From Candidatus Eiseniibacteriota bacterium (GTDB lineage Bacteria; Eisenbacteria; RBG-16-71-46; SZUA-252), in the NCBI GenBank assembly GCA_031370645.1, contig JANMQV010000009.1:2200-66199 (forward strand): a stretch of DNA of 64,000 nt, in the 5' to 3' direction. The notes beneath the pieces are model-generated. The model had not been told where the DNA came from, did not search any database, and saw only the letters and a list, made by a program, of their open reading frames with translations. The stretch's first letter is position 1. Each line of letters opens with the position of its first letter. Positions 56,118-64,000 of this stretch are shown here, one piece after another. The position numbers and the translations under genes are program-made.

Positions 56118-58656
56118 CGCCATCAACCTGAACCGAGGCTCCGCCCCAGACCCGGAGGAGGGGAGCCGCGCCGGCTATCCCTTCCGCGCGCTCGAGGAGA
56201 GCGCCCAGCGCCGGTGGGCCGAGGAACGTCTCTTCGAATCGGGCGATCCGATGGCGGCCGAGAAACGCTTCTACTGTCTGAATATGTTCCCCTATCCGTC
56301 GGGCGACCTCCACGTGGGGCACGGGCGGAATTACATCTTGGGCGACGCGGTCGCACGGCTGAAGCGGATGCAGGGCTACACGGTCCTATCCCCGATGGGA
56401 TGGGACGCGTTCGGGCTGCCGGCCGAGAATGCCGCGATCGCGAATCAGATCCATCCGGCCGTCTGGACGAAGCGGAACATCGCCCGCATGAAGGAGCAGT
56501 TTCACGCCTGGGGCGTCGGTTTCGATTGGACGCGGGAGATCGCGAGCTGCGATCCCGAGTACTACCGCTGGACGCAGTGGATCTTCCTCAAACTCTACGA
56601 GAAGGGACTCGCCTACCGCGCGAAGGGCGCCGTGAACTGGTGCCCCTCTTGCCAGACCGTGCTCGCGAACGAGCAGGTCGAGGATGGGAAGTGCGAGCGA
56701 TGCGGCACCGCCGTCGTCCTGCGTGATCTCGAGCAGTGGTATTTCAAGATCACGCACTACGCGGACGCGCTCCTGAACGATCTATCGCTCCTCAAGCAGT
56801 GGCCGGAGAAGGTTCGCGTCATGCAGGCGAACTGGATCGGCCGTAGCGAAGGTGCCTCGATCCGTTTCGCGGGGGCGGGGGAGAAGGCGCCGCTCGAAGT
56901 GTTCACGACGCGTCCCGACACGCTCCTCGGCGCGACCTTCCTGGCGCTTGCGGCGGAGCATCCTTTCGTCACGAGATGGAGGGAGCAGGGGAAGCTCGGC
57001 TCCGATGCCGCGGCGTTCATCGATCGCTTGAAGCGCTCCCGGATCGAGAACCGGTTCGCCATCGAAACCGAGAAGGAAGGATTCGACACCGGAGTTACGG
57101 TGGCGCATCCGCTGACCGGATCTCCGATCCCGGTCTGGATCGCGAACTACGTCATGATGGGATACGGCACCGGCGCGATCATGGCCGTGCCGGCTCACGA
57201 TCAGCGCGACTTCGAGTTCGCGACGAAGTACCGGATCCCGATCGTGGAAGTGATTCGGCCGGAAGCGGGCTCCGGGTCGGCGTTCGACGGGAGCGGCGCC
57301 TACGAAGGCGAAGGAATCCTGGTGAATTCCGGAGCGTTTGACGGCCTCGCGAGTGCGCACGCGCGGGGCGCGGTGACCGAGGCGCTGAGGGCGAAGGGGG
57401 CGGGGGAGAGCCGCGTGAATTTCCGGCTTCGCGATTGGCTGATCTCGCGCCAGCGCTACTGGGGCGCGCCAATCCCGATGATCCACTGCCCGAAGTGCGG
57501 CATCGTACCGGTTCCCGAGAAGGACCTCCCGGTCCTCCTGCCCGATCAGGTGGAGTTCAAGCCGACGGGTGAGTCGCCGCTCCTGTCGAACGAAGCCTTC
57601 CTCCGCGTCGATTGTCCGCGGTGCGGCGGTCCCGCGCGCCGGGAAACCGACACGATGGACACCTTCGTCGACTCTTCGTGGTATTTCATGCGCTTCCTGA
57701 GCCCTCGGCTGGAAACCGCTCCCTTCGCAACGGATGCGGTGAACCGTTGGCTCCCCGTGAACCAGTACATCGGAGGCGTCGAGCACGCGATTCTCCACCT
57801 CCTCTATTCGCGCTTCATGGTGAAGGTATTGCGCGACGTGGGCATGGTTTCGTTCTCGGAACCGTTCGAGCGCCTCTTCACGCAGGGGATGATCACGAAG
57901 GACGGAAACAAGATGTCGAAGTCGAAGGGGAACGTCGTCCCTCCCGATGCGCTCCTGCAGCGCTACGGGGCGGACACGGTTCGCCTCTACACGCTCTTCA
58001 TCGGGCCGCCGGAGAAGGACGCCGAGTGGAACGATCGTGGCGTGGAGGGGGCCTATCGGTTCCTCACCCGCTACTGGAAGATGATTGAGGATGTGGCTGG
58101 GAACGGCTCGCTTAGGAAGAAGGAATCGGCTCCACCGACGCCTAATTGGGTCGCATCCGGACCCCCTCGGGAGCTTCGCCGCCGAGTCCACCAACTGACC
58201 CAGCAGGTCTGCGACGATATGGACCGGTTCCACCTGAACACGGCCGTGAGCGGCCTCATGCAACTGGTGAACGCGGTCCAGGAATACCAAGGGGCGGGCG
58301 GAGATTTGCGCCTGGCCGAAGTCCGTGAAGCGGCCGAGATCTCGACCCGGCTCCTGGCCCCCCTGGCCCCACACACCGCGGAAGGCGCCTGGGAACTCCT
58401 GGGATACTCGAATTCGGTGGCGTTGGCGCCATGGCCGGCTCCAGCGCCGGAAGCCCTGGAAAGCGCCACAAAGAGCCTGGTGGTCCAGGTGAACGGCAAG
58501 CTGCGGGCCCACGTGATCGTGCCGGTGGGCGCCGATCAGGAGACGATTCGAAAGGCAGCCCTGGCGGACGAGAAGGTGGCGAAGATGGTCGAGGGGAAGA
58601 CGGTGGCCCAGGTGATCGTCGTTCCGGGCCGCCTGGTGAACATCGTCCTGCGGTAG
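56101..58656 (+). CDS. leuS: Leucine--tRNA ligase
   Basis: HVGH (PYPSGDLHVGHGRNY) and KMSKS (KMSKSKGN) class-I signatures, the WCPSCQTVLANEQV zinc knuckle, and the editing domain. 851 aa. GTG start. Confidence 0.95.
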   Translation: MSETRDAINLNRGSAPDPEEGSRAGYPFRALEESAQRRWAEERLFESGDPMAAEKRFYCLNMFPYPSGDLHVGHGRNYILGDAVARLKRMQGYTVLSPMGWDAFGLPAENAAIANQIHPAVWTKRNIARMKEQFHAWGVGFDWTREIASCDPEYYRWTQWIFLKLYEKGLAYRAKGAVNWCPSCQTVLANEQVEDGKCERCGTAVVLRDLEQWYFKITHYADALLNDLSLLKQWPEKVRVMQANWIGRSEGASIRFAGAGEKAPLEVFTTRPDTLLGATFLALAAEHPFVTRWREQGKLGSDAAAFIDRLKRSRIENRFAIETEKEGFDTGVTVAHPLTGSPIPVWIANYVMMGYGTGAIMAVPAHDQRDFEFATKYRIPIVEVIRPEAGSGSAFDGSGAYEGEGILVNSGAFDGLASAHARGAVTEALRAKGAGESRVNFRLRDWLISRQRYWGAPIPMIHCPKCGIVPVPEKDLPVLLPDQVEFKPTGESPLLSNEAFLRVDCPRCGGPARRETDTMDTFVDSSWYFMRFLSPRLETAPFATDAVNRWLPVNQYIGGVEHAILHLLYSRFMVKVLRDVGMVSFSEPFERLFTQGMITKDGNKMSKSKGNVVPPDALLQRYGADTVRLYTLFIGPPEKDAEWNDRGVEGAYRFLTRYWKMIEDVAGNGSLRKKESAPPTPNWVASGPPRELRRRVHQLTQQVCDDMDRFHLNTAVSGLMQLVNAVQEYQGAGGDLRLAEVREAAEISTRLLAPLAPHTAEGAWELLGYSNSVALAPWPAPAPEALESATKSLVVQVNGKLRAHVIVPVGADQETIRKAALADEKVAKMVEGKTVAQVIVVPGRLVNIVLR

Positions 58657-58716
58657 CCGCGAGCCCGACCTGGTCCCGGTTCGTTGTTTACATAATACTC
58701 ATTATACGACAAACCA

Positions 58717-59103
58717 CTAGAACTTGGGGGTAGGCTCCTCGACCCGCTCGGGGTCCGATTCGGTGGCCCGCCGCTCCGCCAGCTCCCCCAACCGGTCCCG
58801 CACCTGCTGCGTCAGCGTCGTCAGCTTCTCCAGAACGAATCCCGCGTGCTTCGTATTCTCCTCGACGGCCAGGATCACCTCGATCGCCTGGGCCGCGAAT
58901 ACGACATAGAGAAAGAAGAGTCCGCCCGAGGCGCCATACTTCACCCAGTCCCAGATCTCCTCGCTGGAACCCCCGATGATCGCCCGCGCGATGCCGACGG
59001 GCGTGATGAGGATCGTCAGGCCGAGCGCGACCCAGCCGACGACCGACAGGACCTTGCAAAGACGGCGGAGGAGCCAGAAGCGGCGTTCAGGTAGCCAAGA
59101 CAT
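58717..59103 (-). CDS. Small membrane protein (hypothetical, two predicted TM helices)
   Basis: LSVVGWVALGLTILITPVGIA and GGLFFLYVVFAAQAIEVILAV hydrophobic segments. Confidence 0.4.
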   Translation of the reverse strand: MSWLPERRFWLLRRLCKVLSVVGWVALGLTILITPVGIARAIIGGSSEEIWDWVKYGASGGLFFLYVVFAAQAIEVILAVEENTKHAGFVLEKLTTLTQQVRDRLGELAERRATESDPERVEEPTPKF

Positions 59104-59109
59104 GGTTTG

Positions 59110-59496
59110 TTAGAACGGCACCTTCTCGATGCCGTCTCCTAGAAACGGGATTCGCGCGAAAGAACCACTCGCGCCTTTCGCGACGCCGTAAACGGTCACG
59201 GCGAGGAACAGCAAACCAACCGCCAATCGGGCCGCCGCCGTGATCAGGAGGCCGAGGAACGGAATACGACCGACCGAGACGTCGAGAATCCAGAGCGCGA
59301 TCCACGCAGCAACCTCGACGCCGAAGAGAATCAGGCCTTGGCGGGCGTGGAATCGGACGTAGCGATTCGTGGGAGCCGCGGCGAATCCGACGAAGCAGAG
59401 GGCCGGGAGGTACGCCACCGCCGCAAGGATGCGCCCATCCTCGATCTCCTCGCTGCTGGCGTCCTCGAATCGGGGCGCGTCGGTCTCCGTCGGCAC
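59110..59496 (-). CDS. DUF4870-family membrane protein
   Basis: RILAAVAYLPALCFVGFAAAP...RFHARQGLILFGVEVAAWIALWIL...IPFLG matches the DUF4870 pattern. Start taken at GTG. The longer Arg-rich N-extension (to 59646 or 60531) is rejected. Confidence 0.5.
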   Translation of the reverse strand: MPTETDAPRFEDASSEEIEDGRILAAVAYLPALCFVGFAAAPTNRYVRFHARQGLILFGVEVAAWIALWILDVSVGRIPFLGLLITAAARLAVGLLFLAVTVYGVAKGASGSFARIPFLGDGIEKVPF

Positions 59497-59528
59497 CTCT
59501 AGATCATCGCATCCGCGCGCCGCGGGGG

Positions 59529-61673
59529 TCAAGTCGCCGACCCATGCGTGAGCCGCCGGTCGGCGGGAGGCCGCCCCACTCGAAACGAACCGTCGCGCGG
59601 CACGACGGCCACGGGGCGCCCTTGGCGTTCCACCAGGAGGCGCCATTCGAGCGACTTCCCTGGCGCGATTCCGAATTTCTGGAACGGAAGTCTGGCCTCG
59701 ACGTCGCCGTCGCGGGCGAATGCCCCCTCGTCCGGTTCGCCAAGGATCGCGCCACGCCAGGCCGGAGCACCCGAGACGGGCCCCCCGAGCGGAATCTCCG
59801 CCGCGATCGACGCACCCGCTTTGCCGACCGCTTCGACGAGGAGGAAACCCGAGTCGTCGATCGCCGCCGCCTCGCATTCGACGCGCACGTAGAGCGAGCG
59901 CTCGTCGAACCCGTAGCGAAGTTCCCGGATCACGACGGACGTCTGATGCATGCTTCCGGAGGTCGCCGCCGGGTCGACGCGCACGGCGTCCCGCCAGTCG
60001 AAATCGCCGGAGTCGCGTCCCTCGACGCGCGGGCGGATGGTAGGCGGAGAAGCCGCGGCGACGGGCGCCGTCTCGCGTAGCGAGCTCCGGAGTCGCGCCG
60101 GGATCTCGACTCCGAGAACTTCGTAAACGCGCGCGACATGTCCGCGGAAGAGCCGATCGAATTCGGCGGCGTGCGCGGTCGGATGATCGTCTCCGTACCA
60201 CCAGAACCAATCGCTCGCCTCGGCCGCGTAGAGCGACTCGCGCGCCGCCTCGAGGCTCGCCGCCGCGACGCCGTGGCGCTCCGCAGCGCGAAGTTCTTCC
60301 CGCGCATGATGGATCTCGACCCACCCGCGATTCTTCTCCGCGTGCCCCACCCAAATTCCGAGATCGGCCCGAATCCAGGATCCGACGGGGAACGCGGTGA
60401 GCGTTTCGCGCGGAGGCGCGGCCGCCAGCGCTTCGCTCACGGTGACCGCTTCGATCCCCTCCGCCCGCTCCAGCGCGCCATAGAGCGCGTCGAGAAACGG
60501 CCCGCCGTCCTCCTCGTACGACTCCCAGCAATTCTCCCCGTCCAAGATCACCGTCACCAGTGCCGGGTCATCACCGCGCCGGCCGGCGGCGGCCGCGCGG
60601 ACGCCGGCCACGAAGTCGGCCGCCGCGGCCGCTGGCTCGACGTGCATGTAGGTGAATCCGATGAGATCCGAGAGTCGCCGATCCCGGAAGAGCATCGCGA
60701 TCGGCCGAGAATTCCCAGACCCGGTGTCCACCGACCACGCTTGAAGCCGCGCCGCCGGATCGTTCGCGCGCGGATCTCCCATCGCGGCGAGGGCGCGGCC
60801 GAGCGTCTCTTCGTCGGAGGCCGCCCAGCGAAATCCCTCCTGCTCGAGAATCGCAAGCGACTCGCGGCTCACGGCTCCTTCCGCGGGCCACACTCCGCCC
60901 GGCGCCACGCCGAATCGCGCCTCATGGGACCGCCGCGCCGCGCGCACCTGCGCCACGGCGTCCTCGGGCGCGCGCGATCGCGGCGACGGGAGCGCGATCG
61001 TGGCCGAGACCTCTCGCGGCGCGTCGGTGTCGCACAGGAGCGGCAGAATGGGATGGTGGTACGGAACCGTCGCCAGTTCCACCTGGCCCCGCTCGAGCGC
61101 GGCGCGGTAGGCGGGGACGATTCGCGCCGCCAGGGCGATGCCCCAGTCGAGGAGCGCCCGCTTCTGTTCTTCGCTGAATCCCCTTCCCTGTCGCCAGAGC
61201 GACCGAATCGGTTCCTCCGCGCGATAGGTCGGATCGACCCAGGCGAGGTGAAACCACGTCTGGAGATCGCGTGCTTCCTCGACCGTGAGCGGCGCGCCGC
61301 CGGACCGCTCCTCCTCCGCACGGCTCGAGAGTTCGCGATAGCGCGGATGAGGATCGAGCATGCGAGTCCGCTGAACGTGGAAGAACTCACGGAGGAGGAA
61401 CTCGCGCTGCGTGGAGGTGAGCGCCTCGGAGGGGGTCCGCGCGAGCGCGAGATGCGGATCGTCGCCCGCCGTTCCAGTCGCGATGGCGTCGAGTTGATCG
61501 AGGAGGATGGGCGTCAGCGAAAACGTGACGTGGACGCCGGGGTGGGCTTGGAGCGCCGCCGCCATGTCGCCGTAGTCCTTCGTGGCGTGGAGACGGGTCC
61601 AGGGTAAGACGAAGCGGCCCGTCGCGGGATCGCGGTAGCTCGGCTGGTGCAGGTGCCACACCAGCGCCAGCAT
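59529..61673 (-). CDS. Glycoside hydrolase family 57 protein (alpha-glucan branching / amylopullulanase-like)
   Basis: MLALVWHLHQP...LTPILLDQLD N-terminus, WFWWYGDDHP, and a TIM-barrel GH57 layout. The ORF's 212-aa Arg-rich N-extension is rejected. Confidence 0.7.
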   Translation of the reverse strand: MLALVWHLHQPSYRDPATGRFVLPWTRLHATKDYGDMAAALQAHPGVHVTFSLTPILLDQLDAIATGTAGDDPHLALARTPSEALTSTQREFLLREFFHVQRTRMLDPHPRYRELSSRAEEERSGGAPLTVEEARDLQTWFHLAWVDPTYRAEEPIRSLWRQGRGFSEEQKRALLDWGIALAARIVPAYRAALERGQVELATVPYHHPILPLLCDTDAPREVSATIALPSPRSRAPEDAVAQVRAARRSHEARFGVAPGGVWPAEGAVSRESLAILEQEGFRWAASDEETLGRALAAMGDPRANDPAARLQAWSVDTGSGNSRPIAMLFRDRRLSDLIGFTYMHVEPAAAAADFVAGVRAAAAGRRGDDPALVTVILDGENCWESYEEDGGPFLDALYGALERAEGIEAVTVSEALAAAPPRETLTAFPVGSWIRADLGIWVGHAEKNRGWVEIHHAREELRAAERHGVAAASLEAARESLYAAEASDWFWWYGDDHPTAHAAEFDRLFRGHVARVYEVLGVEIPARLRSSLRETAPVAAASPPTIRPRVEGRDSGDFDWRDAVRVDPAATSGSMHQTSVVIRELRYGFDERSLYVRVECEAAAIDDSGFLLVEAVGKAGASIAAEIPLGGPVSGAPAWRGAILGEPDEGAFARDGDVEARLPFQKFGIAPGKSLEWRLLVERQGRPVAVVPRDGSFRVGRPPADRRLTHGSAT

Positions 61674-61702
61674 GACCGGCGCCGCCACGGGCCGCGAACT
61701 CC

Positions 61703-62401
61703 CTACGGCGTCGCGCCGCCCTGGAGTTCTCCGAGGCGTGCGTTGGCGGCGTCGAGGATCGGCTGCTCGGCGAGCGGGAGGAGCACCACGGCCTTGTAGA
61801 CGTCGATCGCCTTCGCGTTCTGTCCGGCGCGGAGGAAGCAGCGCGCCTCGGCGAGCATGGCCCGGCCCCGTTCGTTGTCGGTCGAGGATCGCTTCGCCGC
61901 GTCGCCGTAAGCGGCGGCTGCCTCGGCGAAAGCCTTGTTGTTCTCGTGCGCCGCGGCCAATCCCCAAACGCCCGCGAGCGCGGCAGCCTTGTCGCCGCCC
62001 GACTTGTCGATGAACTTCTGGTACCAGGACGCGGCATCGGCCGGCTTCCCTTGCGCGAGGGAGAGGTCGCCGAGATAGCGCATCGCGTCGCGCGCCGCCT
62101 TCGTTCCGGCGGAGTTGTCGATGAGTTCCTTCAGCATCGGCCCGGCCGTGACGTAATCGCTCTGCGCGATCGAGAGGACCGCGCGGAAGAGTTCTCCCTG
62201 CGCCCGCTCCTCCGACTGAGCGCGCGTCCGCATGACGAAGAGTCCGAGCACCGCCACCAACACCAACGCGCCGACACCGATGAGAATGGCGCGGCCATGA
62301 CGATCCCACACCTCGGTCGCCCGAAACGCGGCCGTGACGAGGGCGTCTTCCTTGATCGATCGCTTGGTCATCTTCTGGTGCTTCACCAGATGGGTCGACA
62401 T
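61703..62401 (-). CDS. Membrane-anchored TPR-like protein (YfgM/YbgF-like)
   Basis: Short cytoplasmic N-terminus, one TM (ILIGVGALVLVAVLGLFV), then an Ala-rich helical repeat region. Confidence 0.45.
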   Translation of the reverse strand: MSTHLVKHQKMTKRSIKEDALVTAAFRATEVWDRHGRAILIGVGALVLVAVLGLFVMRTRAQSEERAQGELFRAVLSIAQSDYVTAGPMLKELIDNSAGTKAARDAMRYLGDLSLAQGKPADAASWYQKFIDKSGGDKAAALAGVWGLAAAHENNKAFAEAAAAYGDAAKRSSTDNERGRAMLAEARCFLRAGQNAKAIDVYKAVVLLPLAEQPILDAANARLGELQGGATP

Positions 62402-62457
62402 GTCTGTTTCTCCCTTGGGGTTGAGCCCCCGAGTCTACCGGTGCACGGCCCCCGCTG

Positions 62458-63285
62458 TCAAACGGACTTCCCCGCCTTCGCCTCCGTCACGGCCGCCAGA
62501 AGCGCCGCCGCCACGAGCCTCGCTTCGGTGTCGAGCGCGCGCTGGCGAATGGCGGCCGCCAGTTTTCGCTCCCAGTCTTCCTTCAATTGGAGCATCCGCC
62601 CCGCTTCGCGATCCTCCGCGCGGCGGCGCCGGCCCGACCGCTCCTCCGCGATGAGCGACCGAAAGTGAACCGAGAGTTGGCGCATCTCGCGATGGAGCTC
62701 TCGGCGCATCTTGTCCTCGTACGGCTTCATTCGCTGCCGGATGCGCGACTCGAGAAGCCGAAGCCCTCGAATCCACGCGCCGGCGAGCGCCTCCGGATCG
62801 GGCGGCGCCAGACGCGCGCGTTCCTCAACGGTCGCTTCGCGAAACGCCGAGTCGGCCGGACGCCCTCCGACCCCACGCCCGCCGAGCGGGAGCGTCTGCG
62901 TGAGCAACTCCTCCGAGACGTCGTCGCTGCCGTAGCGAATCCGCCAATGGAGACGCACCCAGTATTTCGGCTCCGGTGCGGCGCCTCGGCCCACCGCCGG
63001 CACGTGAGCCACGAGCCGCGTCACGGCACCACGGGACCGTCCCAGCAGGAGGATTCGTTCCGTCAGCGTGGCATCGTTTTCCGCCCCGCGTGCGGCTCTC
63101 CCCGCCGGCGAGGCGAGAATGCGGACTCGCTCCACGCCGAGTTCCTTCGCGAGCGGCGGCGGGAGTTCGGCCTCCCACGCGGTGCCGCGGCGGTGAACGG
63201 TCGCCTGCTGCGATTCGAGGATGGCCGCCAAAAGATCCGGGAGCTCCGAGCGCTCCGGCCCGCGGCGGTTACGGCGCGGTTTCAT
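62458..63285 (-). CDS. Hypothetical protein (coiled-coil C-terminus)
   Basis: No recognised motifs. Downstream of, and overlapping, the SNF2 helicase fragment. Confidence 0.4.
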   Translation of the reverse strand: MKPRRNRRGPERSELPDLLAAILESQQATVHRRGTAWEAELPPPLAKELGVERVRILASPAGRAARGAENDATLTERILLLGRSRGAVTRLVAHVPAVGRGAAPEPKYWVRLHWRIRYGSDDVSEELLTQTLPLGGRGVGGRPADSAFREATVEERARLAPPDPEALAGAWIRGLRLLESRIRQRMKPYEDKMRRELHREMRQLSVHFRSLIAEERSGRRRRAEDREAGRMLQLKEDWERKLAAAIRQRALDTEARLVAAALLAAVTEAKAGKSV

Positions 63286-64000
63286 CGGACGCCAGCCCGT
63301 CGAGGAGCTGCCGGTCGAGTTCCTCGACCGCGTCGTAGCGCTTCCGGCCGACGAGGAGTGCCGCGCCCAGTTTCGAGAATTCGCGCTCCAGGTCGCGGTC
63401 GCCGCGCGCCTGAGCCCAGATGCTGAACACGGCGTCCTCGAACGAGCCGGCCTCCGCGAAGGGGCCGAGCACCATGTCCAAATCCCCGATCACGCTTCGG
63501 AAGAGATTGATCTTCTCGTGCACGATCTCGAGGACGTACGCCTCCACGGTGTTTCGCGCCGTGAAGTTGAAGACGTGGACGTCGTGATCCTGGCCGAGGC
63601 GGTGGAGCCGGCCGATGCGCTGCTCGATTCGCATCGGATTCCACGGGAGGTCGTAGTTTACGAGAAGATGGCAGAACTGGAGATTCCGCCCCTCGCCGCC
63701 CGCCTCCGTGCTCACGAGCACGCGAGCGCGATCCCGAAACTGCGCGATGGCGCTCTCCTTCTCCCGAAGCGAAAGAGCGCCATGAAACGTCGCCACCTTC
63801 ACGCCGCGGGCCCGGATCGAGCGCGTGATGAACTCGAGTGTGGCGCGGAATTGCGTGAAGATGACGATCTTGTCGCGCGACGCCTGCATCAGTTTCACGA
63901 TCCCCTCGAACTTCGCGTTTGTCTCGATGCCGCGCGCCGCCCGCCACAGCGCTTCGACATCGGTGCGAAAGGCAGCCATCCCTTCCCGCTGGAGAAGTTT
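63269..64000 (-). CDS. SNF2-family helicase, C-terminal helicase domain (5'-partial; continues beyond window end)
   Basis: Helicase motifs IV-VI (VIFTQF, LVSTEAGGEGRNLQ, QRIGRLHRLGQ). The reading frame is open to base 64000. Confidence 0.65.
   Translation of the reverse strand, partial: KLLQREGMAAFRTDVEALWRAARGIETNAKFEGIVKLMQASRDKIVIFTQFRATLEFITRSIRARGVKVATFHGALSLREKESAIAQFRDRARVLVSTEAGGEGRNLQFCHLLVNYDLPWNPMRIEQRIGRLHRLGQDHDVHVFNFTARNTVEAYVLEIVHEKINLFRSVIGDLDMVLGPFAEAGSFEDAVFSIWAQARGDRDLEREFSKLGAALLVGRKRYDAVEELDRQLLDGLASDETAP

Noticed and set aside
58657-58716. AT-rich 60-bp island between the convergent leuS and small membrane gene as a mobile-element scar or sRNA
   Set aside because: It is too short, with no repeats or ORF. 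It is most simply a bidirectional termination region.

Overview
High-GC (about 68-70 %) bacterial window that is almost entirely one large exopolysaccharide (EPS) biosynthesis and protein-sorting locus of the PEP-CTERM / exosortase A (XrtA) type. At its 3' side it is bounded by a conserved housekeeping block (lptE-holA-leuS) and unrelated genes (GH57 glucanotransferase-like, DUF4870, SNF2 helicase fragment).

Contents from 5' to 3':
- The C-terminal part of a Wzz/GumC-like chain-length determinant, then a BY-type tyrosine autokinase.
- A UDP-sugar dehydrogenase and an epimerase.
- FemAB-like and GT4 genes.
- A Wzm/Wzt ABC exporter.
- A predicted sigma54-driven CDP-sugar module (epimerase/dehydratase, rfbF, PIG-L deacetylase, RmlC-like, SAF oxidoreductase).
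- A minus-strand block: a 980-aa secreted PQQ-dehydrogenase/PKD/LamG protein with a T9SS-type C-terminal sorting domain, pyruvyl transferase, GT2, LhgO.
- Several GT4 glycosyltransferases and two AsnB-like amidotransferases.
- A CapK/F390-synthetase-like ligase.
- The exosortase-A-associated cassette: polysaccharide deacetylase, GNAT, ACP, AMP-ligase, PLP-decarboxylase, GT, O-antigen-ligase-like.
- A beta-helix secreted protein.
- An XrtA-EpsI fused exosortase flanked by three paralogous Fn3-repeat secreted proteins, two carrying T9SS-type CTDs.
- A PEP-CTERM-locus deacetylase and a canonical PEP-CTERM protein (VPEP...RRKK) on a monocistronic unit with a sigma70-like promoter and a terminator.
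- A DUF5683-like protein, and a PorV-like outer-membrane barrel fused to a SPOR domain.
- A monocistronic priming sugar transferase.
- A PrsK-like sensor kinase plus a PrsR sigma54-dependent response regulator.

No rRNA, tRNA, CRISPR array, IS element or integrase was recognised. The many long overlapping antisense ORFs in the track are GC-driven shadow ORFs.

Most notable: an exosortase (PEP-CTERM sorting) gene is translationally coupled to, and embedded among, genes for T9SS-CTD cargo with a distinctive Fn3-like repeat, next to a PorV-like-SPOR fusion. That is two different cell-surface sorting systems interleaved in one EPS locus.
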